DNA of 64,000 bases from an uncultured Chitinophagaceae bacterium (GTDB taxonomy: Bacteria; Bacteroidota; Bacteroidia; Chitinophagales; LD1): contig CAYNMP010000001.1 of NCBI GenBank assembly GCA_964398475.1, positions 211,912 to 275,911 of the forward strand, written 5' to 3'. Made by a program: the position numbers and the translations under genes. Shown piece by piece: positions 40,375 to 50,452 of this stretch (position 1 is the stretch's first letter; every line of letters begins with the position of its first letter). The notes beneath the pieces are model-generated. The model had not been told where the DNA came from. It ran no database searches and saw nothing but the letters and a program-made list of their open reading frames with translations.

Positions 40375-40872
40375 ATGGCAAACAATCAAAAATTCCAAGA
40401 AACGTTGAAACACTTATTATATGCAGGTGTTGGTTTCGCAGCTGAGTCTTCTAAGAAAGTTCAGAAAAATGTAGATGAGTTGATTAAAAAAGGAAAAATC
40501 AACGAGCGTGAAGGGAAAAAAATTGTTGATCAAGTGATGCACAATACTGAATTGAAAAGAAAAGAATTAGAAACTAAATTGAATAAAGTGGTTGACCAAT
40601 ACGGTAAAACCGGTTTGAATCAAATCACTTCTTTGACTAAAAAAATTCAAAAGTTAGAAACAGAACTTCAGAAACGAGTTAAATCTGCAACAGCTTCTGT
40701 AGGTGGTGCTAAGCCAACGGCTAAACCGGCTGCAAAATCTGCTGCTAAGCCTAAAGCTAAAGTTGCTCCTAAAAAAGCTGCTGCAAAAAAAGCGGTTGCT
40801 AAGAAAGCGGCACCGGTGAAAAAAGCAGTTGCTAAAGTTGCTGCTAAAGTTGAAGAGGCTGCAAAAGCATAA
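40375..40872 (+). CDS. Phasin-like (PhaF/PhaI-type) coiled-coil protein with histone H1-like Ala/Lys/Pro tail
   Basis: LYAGVGFAAESSKKVQKNVDELIKKGKINEREGKK N-terminus, coiled coil, then AKPTAKPAAKSAAKPKAK...KKAAAKK repeats. Confidence 0.6.
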   Translation: MANNQKFQETLKHLLYAGVGFAAESSKKVQKNVDELIKKGKINEREGKKIVDQVMHNTELKRKELETKLNKVVDQYGKTGLNQITSLTKKIQKLETELQKRVKSATASVGGAKPTAKPAAKSAAKPKAKVAPKKAAAKKAVAKKAAPVKKAVAKVAAKVEEAAKA

Positions 40873-40924
40873 GTTATAGATACATTCCCCATTGGCTTCG
40901 GGCAATAGGGTTTGGTTTTGGTTA

Positions 40925-40963
40925 TCAGAGGTCGTTCCTATCGGGGCGGCCTTCTGAATTTTT
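40925..40963 (+). terminator. Intrinsic terminator
   Basis: TCAGAGGTCGTTCC-TATC-GGGGCGGCC-T-TCTGA then ATTTTT. A second small C(TTCG)G-capped hairpin lies just upstream (~40888-40910). Confidence 0.7.
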
Positions 40964-41031
40964 AGGATATCCCACTATTATTTTGCAATTAGAAATTTGC
41001 CATTAACTTAGACATCTCTAAAAAAAATAAC

Positions 41032-42681
41032 ATGGCTCTATCTGCATCTTACAAAGAAATTATCGATAACGCTGTAAAAGCAATTCACGAACGAATTTTT
41101 TTCGCGCAATATCCTGAACACCCAAAAGCTTATGGTGAGGATGCTCCAACAATAGGGTTAGAAGCCTATAAGAATCAATTAGGAAAACCATTCTCTGAAT
41201 TGTTGCAAACTAATGCCGCATCGTGGATAGGTGAGGAGGTGTCTCCGTATTCCCTAGAGTCATTGGGAATCACGTATCCTGCATTTGAAGTGGATACTTT
41301 AATTGTGCGCTCGGGACGTGCATTCGCTGCATGGAAAAATGTATCAGTTGATGATCGAGCAGAGGTTTTAATTCTGGCACTTGAACAAATTAAAAATCGA
41401 TTTTTTGAAATTGCGAACGCTACACAACATACTACCGGGCAATCGTTCATGATGTCATTTCAAGCATCGGGTCCGCACGCCAGCGATCGCGCATTAGAAG
41501 CATTGGCTATGGGTTATGAAGAGTTGACTCGATTCCCGGAACATGTAACCTGGGAGAAACCGGCCGGTAAATCTGTCATCAAACTAGAGAAAACGTTTAA
41601 ACCTGTACCAAAAGGGGTTGGCTTAGTGATTGGGTGTTCAACCTTCCCAACGTGGAACTCGGTGCCGGGACTTTTCGCTACATTAATCACGGGCAATACA
41701 GCCATAGTAAAACCACATCCCAAATCGATATACCCAATTGCAATTGTTGTTGCCGAAATTCAAAAAGCATTACAAGCAAAAGGTTTGGATATTAATATTT
41801 GTCAGTTGGCAGTAGACACCCTCTCAAAACCAATTACTAAAGAGTTAGCGCAAAATCCACTCGTTAAATTGATTGACTATACAGGAGGTAGTGCTTTTGG
41901 CGCTTATGTAGAATCGCTTCCGGGTAAAGTTACCTTCACCGAAAAAGCCGGAGTGAATTCGGTTATTCTTGACTCAGTTTCCGATTTGAATGCAGTTACA
42001 CAAAACTTAGCTTTTGCGGCTTCGTTGTACACCGGACAAATGTGTACTGCTCCGCAAAATATTTTTATTCCTGCCGGAGGTATTAAAGCTGGCGATCAAA
42101 CCGTTTCGTATGATGAAGTGGTGAAAGCCTTCTGTGCCGCATTATCGGGTATTGCAAAGCATCCGCAAATGGGGCCGGGAACTTTTGGTGCAATTCAGAA
42201 TGAGGCCACATTAAAGCGTGTAGATGCAGTAAAAGATATTGCCACTGTTTTATTGTCGCCTGAAACTATTGCTAATCCTGAGTTTCCGAATGCAAGAACG
42301 TCTTCTCATGTAGTATTAGAAGTAGATGCTAAAGATTTTGGTATCTATGAAAACGAATTGTTTGGCCCCATTGTATTAGTGATAAAAACAAAAAATACAG
42401 AGCACTCTGTTGAATTGGCAAAAGAAATGGCAGCTAAACATGGCGCTATTACTTGCGCAGCATATACTACAGATGCCGATACTGAAAAATTAATCGCGGA
42501 AGAAATGGAATCGGTGTTTGCTCCAGTATCCTTCAACTTAACCGGGGGTATTTTTGTAAACCAGCATGCAGCATTCTCTGATTTCCACGTTACCGGAGGA
42601 AATCCTGCGGGAAATGCATCTTTCTCTAACCCTGAATATGTAAACAAACGATTTGTTTGGGTGGGACACAGAAAACTGTAA
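41032..42681 (+). CDS. paaN: Phenylacetic acid degradation protein PaaN (aldehyde dehydrogenase family)
   Basis: MSFQASGPHASDR, GCSTFPTWNSVPG, IVKPHP, DYTGG, EKAGVNSV, GQMCTAPQ, ELFGP, SDFHVTGGNPAGNA. Confidence 0.88.
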   Translation: MALSASYKEIIDNAVKAIHERIFFAQYPEHPKAYGEDAPTIGLEAYKNQLGKPFSELLQTNAASWIGEEVSPYSLESLGITYPAFEVDTLIVRSGRAFAAWKNVSVDDRAEVLILALEQIKNRFFEIANATQHTTGQSFMMSFQASGPHASDRALEALAMGYEELTRFPEHVTWEKPAGKSVIKLEKTFKPVPKGVGLVIGCSTFPTWNSVPGLFATLITGNTAIVKPHPKSIYPIAIVVAEIQKALQAKGLDINICQLAVDTLSKPITKELAQNPLVKLIDYTGGSAFGAYVESLPGKVTFTEKAGVNSVILDSVSDLNAVTQNLAFAASLYTGQMCTAPQNIFIPAGGIKAGDQTVSYDEVVKAFCAALSGIAKHPQMGPGTFGAIQNEATLKRVDAVKDIATVLLSPETIANPEFPNARTSSHVVLEVDAKDFGIYENELFGPIVLVIKTKNTEHSVELAKEMAAKHGAITCAAYTTDADTEKLIAEEMESVFAPVSFNLTGGIFVNQHAAFSDFHVTGGNPAGNASFSNPEYVNKRFVWVGHRKL

Positions 42682-42722
42682 ATAATTGACAGATATTAAA
42701 AAATACATTAACTTGTGCTAGT

Positions 42723-44822
42723 ATGAAGAAAAATCTACTAGCACTTTTTGTTTTACTCTGTTTCAGCGGCATACAGGCTATGGACGAGCAGTCAATCATC
42801 AAGCAACACTTACAGTTGGCGAATGGTTATCTCTCGTCCGATAACGAAAAGTCAGCTGAATTCGCCAATAAGGCATTATTGCTTTCTGAAAAAATTCAGT
42901 ATGTAGATGGTCAGGCCGAAGCGTATTGGCTGAAAGGGCGTTTGAATTTCAATGCCGGTAAAATCAAAGAAAGCGGACAAGATTTTTTGAAGGCATCAGA
43001 GTTGTTCAAAAAAAGCGGGAATACGCAAATGTATGCCACGGCATTGAAAGACTATGCCGATTTTCTCCGCTCTTCCGGAAACTTTAATCAAGCACAGAAA
43101 GTGATTGAACAAGCATGTGCTATTTCTATCAAAATTAAAAATCAACGTTTACAGAGCGAGTGTGAAATATCGGAAGGGTTGATTTCTTTATCGCGAAATG
43201 ATTTTGCAAAGGCAACCGGCCATTATCTCAATGCCATGAAAATTTCGGAAGAGGTAAACGATAATACAGGACTAGGTAATGCTTATTTGCAATTAGGTAA
43301 TATTAATACACTGCAAGGTAACATTGAAAAATCGAACGAGTATTTTCAAAAGGGACTTCAGCTCAATAAAAAGATAGGAAATAAATTAGGCGAGTCGGAT
43401 GCTGCATGTAATATTGGTTCAAACTATCTGAAAATTGGGAGTTTGCAAAAGGCCGAAGAGTATATCAGCTATTCGCTAAAACTTTCAGAAGGATTGAAAT
43501 ATAATTCTACCCTAGCCCTTAACCTTATGAATATGGGCTTTTTGAAAGTGCAGCAGAAACAGTATGCGGAGGCTGAAAAGAACTTCAAAGCATCGCATGC
43601 CCTGTACGAGAAGATGAACGATAACATAGGCTCCATCGATGTGTTGAATGCATTGGGTTATTTAAATTCGGTGAACAAGAAATACACCCAAGCTGAAGAT
43701 TACTATAAACAGGCGAGTGTATTGGCAAAAAAAATTGGCTCGAGCAGCGCTTTACAAACCGCCTATGAAGGATTGGCTTATATTTATGAACAGAAAAAAG
43801 ATTACAAAGGGGCTTACCAATATGCAAAAATGGGACGCCAAATCAACGAAAAGTTGTTTAATATAGATAATGCCAAAAAGGTAACACAATTGCAGATGAA
43901 TTATGAGTTTTCTAAAATTCAGGAAGCACAGCGTATAGAACAAGAATTGAAAGATGAAGTGAATGCTGAAAAGAGTAAGCGTTTCCGCATTGCTATTGTT
44001 TCAGGTATTTTTGCTGTATTGTCGTTAATTGCCTTACTGGCCACAGCCACAATTGCATACAGAAAGAATAAAATTGCCAGGATACTGCTTGCAGAAAGAA
44101 ATGGAATTCTTCAAATCCAAAAAGAAAATTCAGAGAAAATAATTCAAGGCGTTTTACCTGCTGAAATCGAGAAACGTTTGAAAACAAATTCTTCCGCTTC
44201 ACAAGAACGTTTTGTGAGCGTTATGTTTGTTGACTTTGTTGACTTTGCGAAGAAAGAAAGTGAATTTGATCCTATGGATTTGATGGATCACTTAGATGTT
44301 ACTTTCAAAATGTTAGACGAAACCACACGCAAATATCAATTGGATGCCATGAAAACAATGGTTGACGGCTATCTGTGTATTAGTGGGTTACATAATAATA
44401 ATGAAACAGAAAGCTTAGATAATTTATTGAAAGCCGGATTGGAAATATTGCAACGGTTAAGCGATATTCAACAGAAACGTGCTGTAGATGGCTTGCCTTC
44501 TTTTGAAATGAAGATTGGTATACACTCCGGTAGTATTATAGGAGGGGTAGTTGCCGTTCGAACAGTAAGCGAAGATATTTGGGGAAAGACGGTTCAAATT
44601 GCTTCGGAGATTGAGAAGTTCGCTCAACCGAGTCAGTTGCTTTTAACCGAAACTGCGAATAATCTGAGTCATTCCTTCAAAACAATTCTTGTAGGAGAAG
44701 TTACGGTTATGAGCGATAAATATGTGAAGGTATATAGGGTAAGCTCTTCGGGCGTTGAGCTATCGGGAATTAAAGTGTCGAAAGATAATATTGATGAGGA
44801 TGTAATGAAGCATCTCAATTGA
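42723..44822 (+). CDS. Membrane-anchored TPR sensor with class III adenylate/guanylate cyclase-like domain (degenerate active site)
   Basis: Signal peptide, multiple TPRs, one TM helix (IAIVSGIFAVLSLIALLA), then SVMFVDF, KTMVDGY, KIGIHSG and EDIWGKTVQIASE. Confidence 0.85.
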   Translation: MKKNLLALFVLLCFSGIQAMDEQSIIKQHLQLANGYLSSDNEKSAEFANKALLLSEKIQYVDGQAEAYWLKGRLNFNAGKIKESGQDFLKASELFKKSGNTQMYATALKDYADFLRSSGNFNQAQKVIEQACAISIKIKNQRLQSECEISEGLISLSRNDFAKATGHYLNAMKISEEVNDNTGLGNAYLQLGNINTLQGNIEKSNEYFQKGLQLNKKIGNKLGESDAACNIGSNYLKIGSLQKAEEYISYSLKLSEGLKYNSTLALNLMNMGFLKVQQKQYAEAEKNFKASHALYEKMNDNIGSIDVLNALGYLNSVNKKYTQAEDYYKQASVLAKKIGSSSALQTAYEGLAYIYEQKKDYKGAYQYAKMGRQINEKLFNIDNAKKVTQLQMNYEFSKIQEAQRIEQELKDEVNAEKSKRFRIAIVSGIFAVLSLIALLATATIAYRKNKIARILLAERNGILQIQKENSEKIIQGVLPAEIEKRLKTNSSASQERFVSVMFVDFVDFAKKESEFDPMDLMDHLDVTFKMLDETTRKYQLDAMKTMVDGYLCISGLHNNNETESLDNLLKAGLEILQRLSDIQQKRAVDGLPSFEMKIGIHSGSIIGGVVAVRTVSEDIWGKTVQIASEIEKFAQPSQLLLTETANNLSHSFKTILVGEVTVMSDKYVKVYRVSSSGVELSGIKVSKDNIDEDVMKHLN

Positions 44823-44824
44823 AG

Positions 44825-45340
44825 CTAAAGCAGTGTTGTTTTCTGAACTTCTTTCAAACAATCTTCTAATCGTGTTTGTCCAATTCCTTTGATAATGCTA
44901 TAGTTGGCATTTAGTCCAATTAAGTGTTGCTTAAATCGATTGAATAGTTCTATTCTATCGTGCGGATTTTTTCTTTGTTCATCGGCCACCCAAGGAATAT
45001 CGGGATAGAGTAGTAAATACTTATTGGCTTGATGTTTCACGATAAATGCTTCCATCCATTCAGGAACTTTCCAATTATAATATTCCAACCAAATTTTGAT
45101 CGTGATTAAATCGGTATCACAGACAATAGTTTTTTCCGTGGCTTCAGCATCTCGCTCGAGCTGCGCTTGTGTTTCGGCTATTTTAATAACATCTGTATAG
45201 CTGTAGTTGGTGCTATGTTCTTTCAGATATGTTCTTGCAAATTCTGGTACAAAAGCTGTATTGCAGAGTTTTGCTATTTCAGCACTGATCGTTGATTTTC
45301 CGGTTGATTCGGGTCCTAAAAAAACAATCTTAACTGACAT
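44825..45340 (-). CDS. NadR-type ATPase/nicotinamide riboside kinase domain protein (AAA_28-like)
   Basis: GPESTGKST Walker A, VPEFAR, CDTD and PWVAD motifs. Confidence 0.85.
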   Translation of the reverse strand: MSVKIVFLGPESTGKSTISAEIAKLCNTAFVPEFARTYLKEHSTNYSYTDVIKIAETQAQLERDAEATEKTIVCDTDLITIKIWLEYYNWKVPEWMEAFIVKHQANKYLLLYPDIPWVADEQRKNPHDRIELFNRFKQHLIGLNANYSIIKGIGQTRLEDCLKEVQKTTLL

Positions 45341-46214
45341 GTGGAATTTGTATGGTTGTTTTTCGCCCTAAAATTAAGGGGTAGTTTTCGCGTATATGTC
45401 CGGCAGGAAAATTGAAACATACCGGATAATTTTTATCGGCAACATGTTCGAAAATAATTTCTTCCGCGTTCTTTCCGAAAGGTACTTCGTTGTCGTGCAT
45501 GGCTGAGAAACCACCCACCAACAAACCCGCAAGGTGATCGAGCTTTCCGCTTCTTTTTAGGTTAATCATCATTCTATCGATGTGATACAATTGTTCGTCC
45601 AAATCTTCGATGAAAAGAATTTTACCGTTGGTGTCGAAGCCCGATTTAGCCCCTGTAATACTGTATAAGATAGATAAGTTTCCGCCAATGGTTTCCCCTT
45701 TCATTTCCAAACCTCGATTAAGTGGATGTGCCGGAATGGTGTAGTTAATATCTTCTCCGAAAATTATTTTTCCGATGTCTTGTATAGCCGCATCTTCCGT
45801 TCGGGAAAACAACGAGGGCATGCTAGCGTGAAGTGTTTGAACGCCTAATTGGTGGTTGATAAGCGTGTGTAAGTATGTTACATCGCTAAAGCCCACCAGC
45901 CATTTGGGTGAGCGAAGAAATTTGCTGAAATCTATTTGGTCGAGGAATCGCACCGTGCCGTATCCTCCACGTGCACAAAAAATAGCGCGTATGCTTTCGT
46001 TATCAATGGCTCGTTGAAAATCTTTCAACCGCAAGGCATCATCGCCTGCATATTGATGATGCTCCGCCCCAATGGTTTCACCCAATTCTACTTGTAATCC
46101 CCACTCTTCAATGAGGGATTTCGCGGTTTGAATATCTTCAACGCTCATTTTTCGGGCAGTGCTCAGTAGAATAACTTTATCGCCTTTTTTCAAGAATTGC
46201 GGAGCCAGTGTCAT
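45330..46214 (-). CDS. LD-carboxypeptidase (peptidase S66)
   Basis: RGGYG, GFSD (Ser), GGNLS, LFIED (Glu) and PAGH (His) motifs. Confidence 0.93.
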   Translation of the reverse strand: MTLAPQFLKKGDKVILLSTARKMSVEDIQTAKSLIEEWGLQVELGETIGAEHHQYAGDDALRLKDFQRAIDNESIRAIFCARGGYGTVRFLDQIDFSKFLRSPKWLVGFSDVTYLHTLINHQLGVQTLHASMPSLFSRTEDAAIQDIGKIIFGEDINYTIPAHPLNRGLEMKGETIGGNLSILYSITGAKSGFDTNGKILFIEDLDEQLYHIDRMMINLKRSGKLDHLAGLLVGGFSAMHDNEVPFGKNAEEIIFEHVADKNYPVCFNFPAGHIRENYPLILGRKTTIQIPHVS

Positions 46215-46338
46215 CGATTGAAAAATTGAAGTTTTAAAATATAATTAGCAGTTTAGCAAACTGACTGATTAATTTTGACAATGAAAAATTAAATTTCGCT
46301 TTTGAAATTAAATATAGTCGAATCTTAAATTCCACGAA

Positions 46339-48393
46339 ATGATAAATACACCCAAACGATATACGGTTACTGCAGCATTACCTTATGTAAACGGTTCGAA
46401 ACACATAGGTCATTTGGCAGGAGCTTATTTGCCTGCTGATGTGTATGTGCGATTGAAGCGTTTGCAAGGAAAGGATGTTGTCTTTATTTGCGGTAGCGAT
46501 GAACATGGTACCCCCATTACGATTCAAGCCATCAAAGAGAATTGCACCCCCCAACAAGTGATTGACAAATACCATAATTTGGTGAAAGAAAGTTTTGCCA
46601 GCTTAGGTATTTCTTTCGATATCTATCATCGTACCAGTGCACCTATACACCACGAAACAGCACAAGAATTTTTTACTGATTTTTATAACAAGGGCTTGTT
46701 TGATGAGAAAGTAACCCGTCAGTATTATGATGAAGAAGCAGGATTGTTTTTGGCCGATCGTTACATAAAGGGAACTTGTCCAAATTGTGGGCACGACAGC
46801 GCTTATGGCGATCAGTGCGAAAAGTGCGGTAAGTCGCTCGATCCAACTGATTTGATTAATCCGGTATCGACCGTTTCCGGCAACAAACCTGTTTTGAAAG
46901 AAACAAAACACTGGTATTTACCTTTACAAAAATATGAACCATGGTTACGTAAATGGTTGTTGGAAGATCACGCCAAAGATTGGAAAGCCAATGTGTATGG
47001 GCAAAGTAAGTCGTGGATTGATGGAGGTCTTCAGCCACGCGCTATGACACGTGATGGCGAATGGGGCATTAAAGTGCCGCTGCCGGATGCAGAAGGTAAA
47101 GTATTGTATGTATGGTTTGATGCACCGATTGGATATATCTCGGCCACTAAACAGTGGGCATTGGATAACAACAAAGCATGGGAACCCTATTGGAAAGAGG
47201 CAGATACCAAGTTGATTCACTTTGTTGGGAAAGATAATATCGTCTTCCATTGCATTATTTTTCCGATTATGCTGCACTGCCATGGCGATTATATTTTGCC
47301 CGATAATGTGCCCGCCAACGAGTTCTTGAATTTAGAAGGGGATAAAATGAGTACGAGCCGCAAATGGTCGGTAGAGATGCATCAATATTTGGAAGATTTT
47401 CCGGATAAGCCGGATGCTTTGCGGTATTGTTTGTTGTCGAATTTGCCGGAGAATAAAGACAGTGAGTTTACCTGGAAAGATTTTCAAACCAAGAATAACA
47501 GTGAATTGGTGGCCATTTTAGGGAATTTCATCAATCGTGTGTTGGTATTAACCCACAAGTTTTATGCTGGTAAGGTGCCCGACAAAAAACCATGTGATGA
47601 ATTGCAACAATTTTTGACGGAGCAAAAAAATAAAATTGACGAGGCGATTGATAATTATCGCTTCCGTGAAGGTTTGGCAGAAATGATGAATGTGGCTCGA
47701 CATGGCAATAAATTGTTAACGGAGAAAGAGCCATGGAAAACCTTTAAAATAGATCCTGAGAGTGCAGCAGTAGTCTTGTACGATTGTATTCAGATTATCG
47801 CCAATTTATCGGTAATGTGTGAGCCCTTTATTCCGTTTTCTGCAGTGAAAATTCAGCATATGTTAGGTGTTCAAACTCCGTTTAATTGGGCCGATGTGGG
47901 TCGTGCTGATTTAATTCTTGGGAATCATCAATTGGGGTCACCAACATTGCTTTTCGAAAAAATTGAAGACGAAATTATTGACATGGAAATACAAAAATTG
48001 TATGCCAACAAACTAGAAATTGTAGCTTCTGAGGCCGTTGTAGTGCCATCTGTTGCGCCACAAAAAGCGGAGATAACATTTGATGATTTCGAGAAAATGG
48101 ATATCCGTGTGGGCACTATTCTTACTGCTGAGAAAGTGGAGAAGGCCGATAAATTGCTGAAGTTGAGCGTTGATTTAGGTTTTGAAACAAGGACCATTGT
48201 GAGTGGCATTGCTGTTCATTTTAAACCGGAAGACATCATTGGTCAACAAGTTTCTGTTTTGGCAAATTTAGCTCCTCGTAAAATTCGCGGTGTTGATTCG
48301 AAAGGAATGATTTTATTAGCTGAAGACGAAAACGGCAAACTTCATTTTGTTAAGACAAAAGAAATTACGAACAATGGAAGTATAATCCGATAA
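46339..48393 (+). CDS. metG: Methionine--tRNA ligase with C-terminal tRNA-binding domain
   Basis: HIGH, GSDEHG, CPNC...CEKC zinc knuckle, YVWFDA, GKDN, KMSTS; C-terminal DIRVG...SKGM. Confidence 0.97.
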   Translation: MINTPKRYTVTAALPYVNGSKHIGHLAGAYLPADVYVRLKRLQGKDVVFICGSDEHGTPITIQAIKENCTPQQVIDKYHNLVKESFASLGISFDIYHRTSAPIHHETAQEFFTDFYNKGLFDEKVTRQYYDEEAGLFLADRYIKGTCPNCGHDSAYGDQCEKCGKSLDPTDLINPVSTVSGNKPVLKETKHWYLPLQKYEPWLRKWLLEDHAKDWKANVYGQSKSWIDGGLQPRAMTRDGEWGIKVPLPDAEGKVLYVWFDAPIGYISATKQWALDNNKAWEPYWKEADTKLIHFVGKDNIVFHCIIFPIMLHCHGDYILPDNVPANEFLNLEGDKMSTSRKWSVEMHQYLEDFPDKPDALRYCLLSNLPENKDSEFTWKDFQTKNNSELVAILGNFINRVLVLTHKFYAGKVPDKKPCDELQQFLTEQKNKIDEAIDNYRFREGLAEMMNVARHGNKLLTEKEPWKTFKIDPESAAVVLYDCIQIIANLSVMCEPFIPFSAVKIQHMLGVQTPFNWADVGRADLILGNHQLGSPTLLFEKIEDEIIDMEIQKLYANKLEIVASEAVVVPSVAPQKAEITFDDFEKMDIRVGTILTAEKVEKADKLLKLSVDLGFETRTIVSGIAVHFKPEDIIGQQVSVLANLAPRKIRGVDSKGMILLAEDENGKLHFVKTKEITNNGSIIR

Positions 48394-48446
48394 TTTTTGC
48401 TTTACTTTAAGGTATTAATTTAATAACACAAACTAAAATCAACTCA

Positions 48447-49658
48447 ATGAAATCAAATTTCTACAAACTACTTTTCGGAGCAGGGGTGATGCTGAGTATG
48501 GCAAGTGTCCAAGCACAATGTGATGGGCAGCGCTATTTGGCCAAAATTTTCCCTAATGCGCCAACAAAAACCACGGTTACGTATTCAACAACTTCTCAGG
48601 CTATGGATATTTATGAGCCAGCCGGTGATGTAGCTACAAACCGAAGAGTAATTATTTTTGCACACGGAGGAAGTTTCACGAGCGGAAGTAAAGCAGAGCA
48701 GTTTATTGTTGACTTATGTAAAGAGTTTGCCAAAAGAGGATATGTAACGGCTTCTATTGATTATCGTTTAGCTACCGGTTTAGGTGCTTTAGATATGCAA
48801 GATTCTACAAAAGCATATCCGCACGTAATGCGCGCATTGAGCGATGCAAAAGCAGCTATTCGTTACTTCAGAAAAGATGCAGCTACTACAAATACCTATA
48901 AAATCGATAGTAACTTTATTGCATTTGGAGGAAACTCAGCAGGCGCAATTATAGCAACACACGTTGCTTATGTAAAGACATTAGGCGAGTGTACACCGCA
49001 AGTTGTTTCTGCTTTAAATGCAACAGGAGGAATTGAAGGAAACAGTGGAAATCCGGGCTACGGTTCATCAGTACAAGCTGTATTGAATTATGCCGGAGCT
49101 TTATTGGATACTAATATGCTTAATGCCGGAGATGTAGAGCCAATCTACTCAGCACATGGTGATGCCGATGGAACAGTTCCATACGCTAAAGGTCAGGTGT
49201 TGAATGGCTTGTCAAATATTGTAGTGTTTGGAAGTGGTGCAATGAAACCGCGTTTAGATGGACGTAGTATCAAAAATCAATTGCACACATACGTTGGAGC
49301 AGATCACGTGCCTTGGAGTTCAAATATGACACAACAGCAAGAAGTGGAATCAGAGTCTGCTGCTTTCTTATACAGTATTTTCTGTCCGAATTCTGTAGCT
49401 ATTAGTGACGTGAATGCAGATAATCTTGCAATTGAGTTATATCCTAATCCATCTTCTAATGTAATTACATTGAAATCGGATAAAGCGATTTCCTCTGTAA
49501 CCATTGTAGATCAATTGGGAAGAACGGTTTTAGTGAAAACAGCTGAAGGTTCAAACGCACAAATCACCATCAATAAATTAAATGCCGGTGTTTACTTTGC
49601 GAAAGTAACTTTTGCAAATCAAACGAATATCGCTACTAAGCGTTTTGTTGTTGAATAA
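48447..49658 (+). CDS. Secreted carboxylesterase/lipase (alpha/beta hydrolase) with T9SS type A CTD
   Basis: Signal peptide, HGGSF, GNSAG, HGDAD, ADH catalytic motifs; C-terminal LYPNPSS...GVYFAKV. Confidence 0.88.
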   Translation: MKSNFYKLLFGAGVMLSMASVQAQCDGQRYLAKIFPNAPTKTTVTYSTTSQAMDIYEPAGDVATNRRVIIFAHGGSFTSGSKAEQFIVDLCKEFAKRGYVTASIDYRLATGLGALDMQDSTKAYPHVMRALSDAKAAIRYFRKDAATTNTYKIDSNFIAFGGNSAGAIIATHVAYVKTLGECTPQVVSALNATGGIEGNSGNPGYGSSVQAVLNYAGALLDTNMLNAGDVEPIYSAHGDADGTVPYAKGQVLNGLSNIVVFGSGAMKPRLDGRSIKNQLHTYVGADHVPWSSNMTQQQEVESESAAFLYSIFCPNSVAISDVNADNLAIELYPNPSSNVITLKSDKAISSVTIVDQLGRTVLVKTAEGSNAQITINKLNAGVYFAKVTFANQTNIATKRFVVE

Positions 49659-49676
49659 TTATATTTAACCATTGCT

Positions 49677-49709
49677 AAAAATGCCCGGGAATACTTTCCG
49701 GGCATTTTT
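49677..49709 (+). terminator. Intrinsic terminator
   Basis: AAAAATGCCCGGGA-ATACT-TTCCGGGCATTTTT hairpin with T tail. Confidence 0.88.
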
Positions 49710-49770
49710 GTTTTATAGCGGAAAATGAAAAAAAATGAAAAAATATTTTTCGTTTCCATTTTTAATTTAA

Positions 49771-49785
49771 CTTTGTATCGCAAAG
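49771..49785. promoter_or_regulatory. Palindromic operator candidate 1, overlapping a TAACTTTG -7 promoter element
   Basis: CTTTG-TATCG-CAAAG, 7 nt before ATG 49793. TAACTTTG at 49768-49775 matches the Bacteroidota TAnnTTTG element. Confidence 0.7.
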
Positions 49786-49792
49786 CACTTTT

Positions 49793-50437
49793 ATGAACGA
49801 AAAAGAACAGTCTTTACAGCAGTTGCGCGACATTAAAATGATGATGGAGCGTTCATCGCGATTTATATCTCTCAGTGGACTTTCCGGGGTATTTGCCGGT
49901 ATATTTGCATTGATTGGAGCTGCAGTATTTTATATGTACCTGAACACACAAATGGCTTCAGGTTATCTTTCCATTGCCGAGAGCCTGCCTGCAGAGGTAA
50001 GTATTGATTATCTTACCTTTGGGATACTTGATGCAGCAGTTATTCTTTTGCTATCGATTGGCTTTGGTATTTACTTTACCACAAGGAAAGCAAAGCGAGA
50101 TGGTTTAACAATCTGGGATCGTAACGTGGGACATCTTTTAATTCATTTGTCTATACCTTTAATAGCCGGTGGATTGTTTTGTTTGATTCTATTGAGCTAC
50201 GGGTTATTTGGTTTAGTGGCACCATGTACCCTTCTTTTTTATGGTTTGGCTTTATTGAATGCCTCGAAGTATACGCTCGATGAAATCAAGTGGCTCGGTA
50301 TTTCTGAAATTGTCTTAGGCCTTGTGGGCTGCATTTACATAGGATACGGTATGACATTTTGGTGCATCGGTTTTGGTGTATTGCATATTGTGTATGGTGC
50401 GTTTATGTACTTTCGTTATGAACACAAACAACATTAA
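49793..50437 (+). CDS. Uncharacterised polytopic membrane protein (~6 TM)
   Basis: LRDIKMMMERSSRFISLSG N-terminus followed by hydrophobic segments, ending GVLHIVYG. Confidence 0.8.
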   Translation: MNEKEQSLQQLRDIKMMMERSSRFISLSGLSGVFAGIFALIGAAVFYMYLNTQMASGYLSIAESLPAEVSIDYLTFGILDAAVILLLSIGFGIYFTTRKAKRDGLTIWDRNVGHLLIHLSIPLIAGGLFCLILLSYGLFGLVAPCTLLFYGLALLNASKYTLDEIKWLGISEIVLGLVGCIYIGYGMTFWCIGFGVLHIVYGAFMYFRYEHKQH

Positions 50438-50452
50438 TATTATATCGCTAGC

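Noticed and set aside
40690-40872. Repetitive GCT/AAA-rich DNA as a CRISPR or minisatellite
   Set aside because: It is the coding Ala/Lys/Pro tail, with no constant repeat-spacer structure. No CRISPR array or cas gene was seen anywhere in the window.
41032-42681. Isolated paaN as evidence of a novel pathway
   Set aside because: paa genes can be dispersed; absence of the others from a 64-kb window is uninformative.
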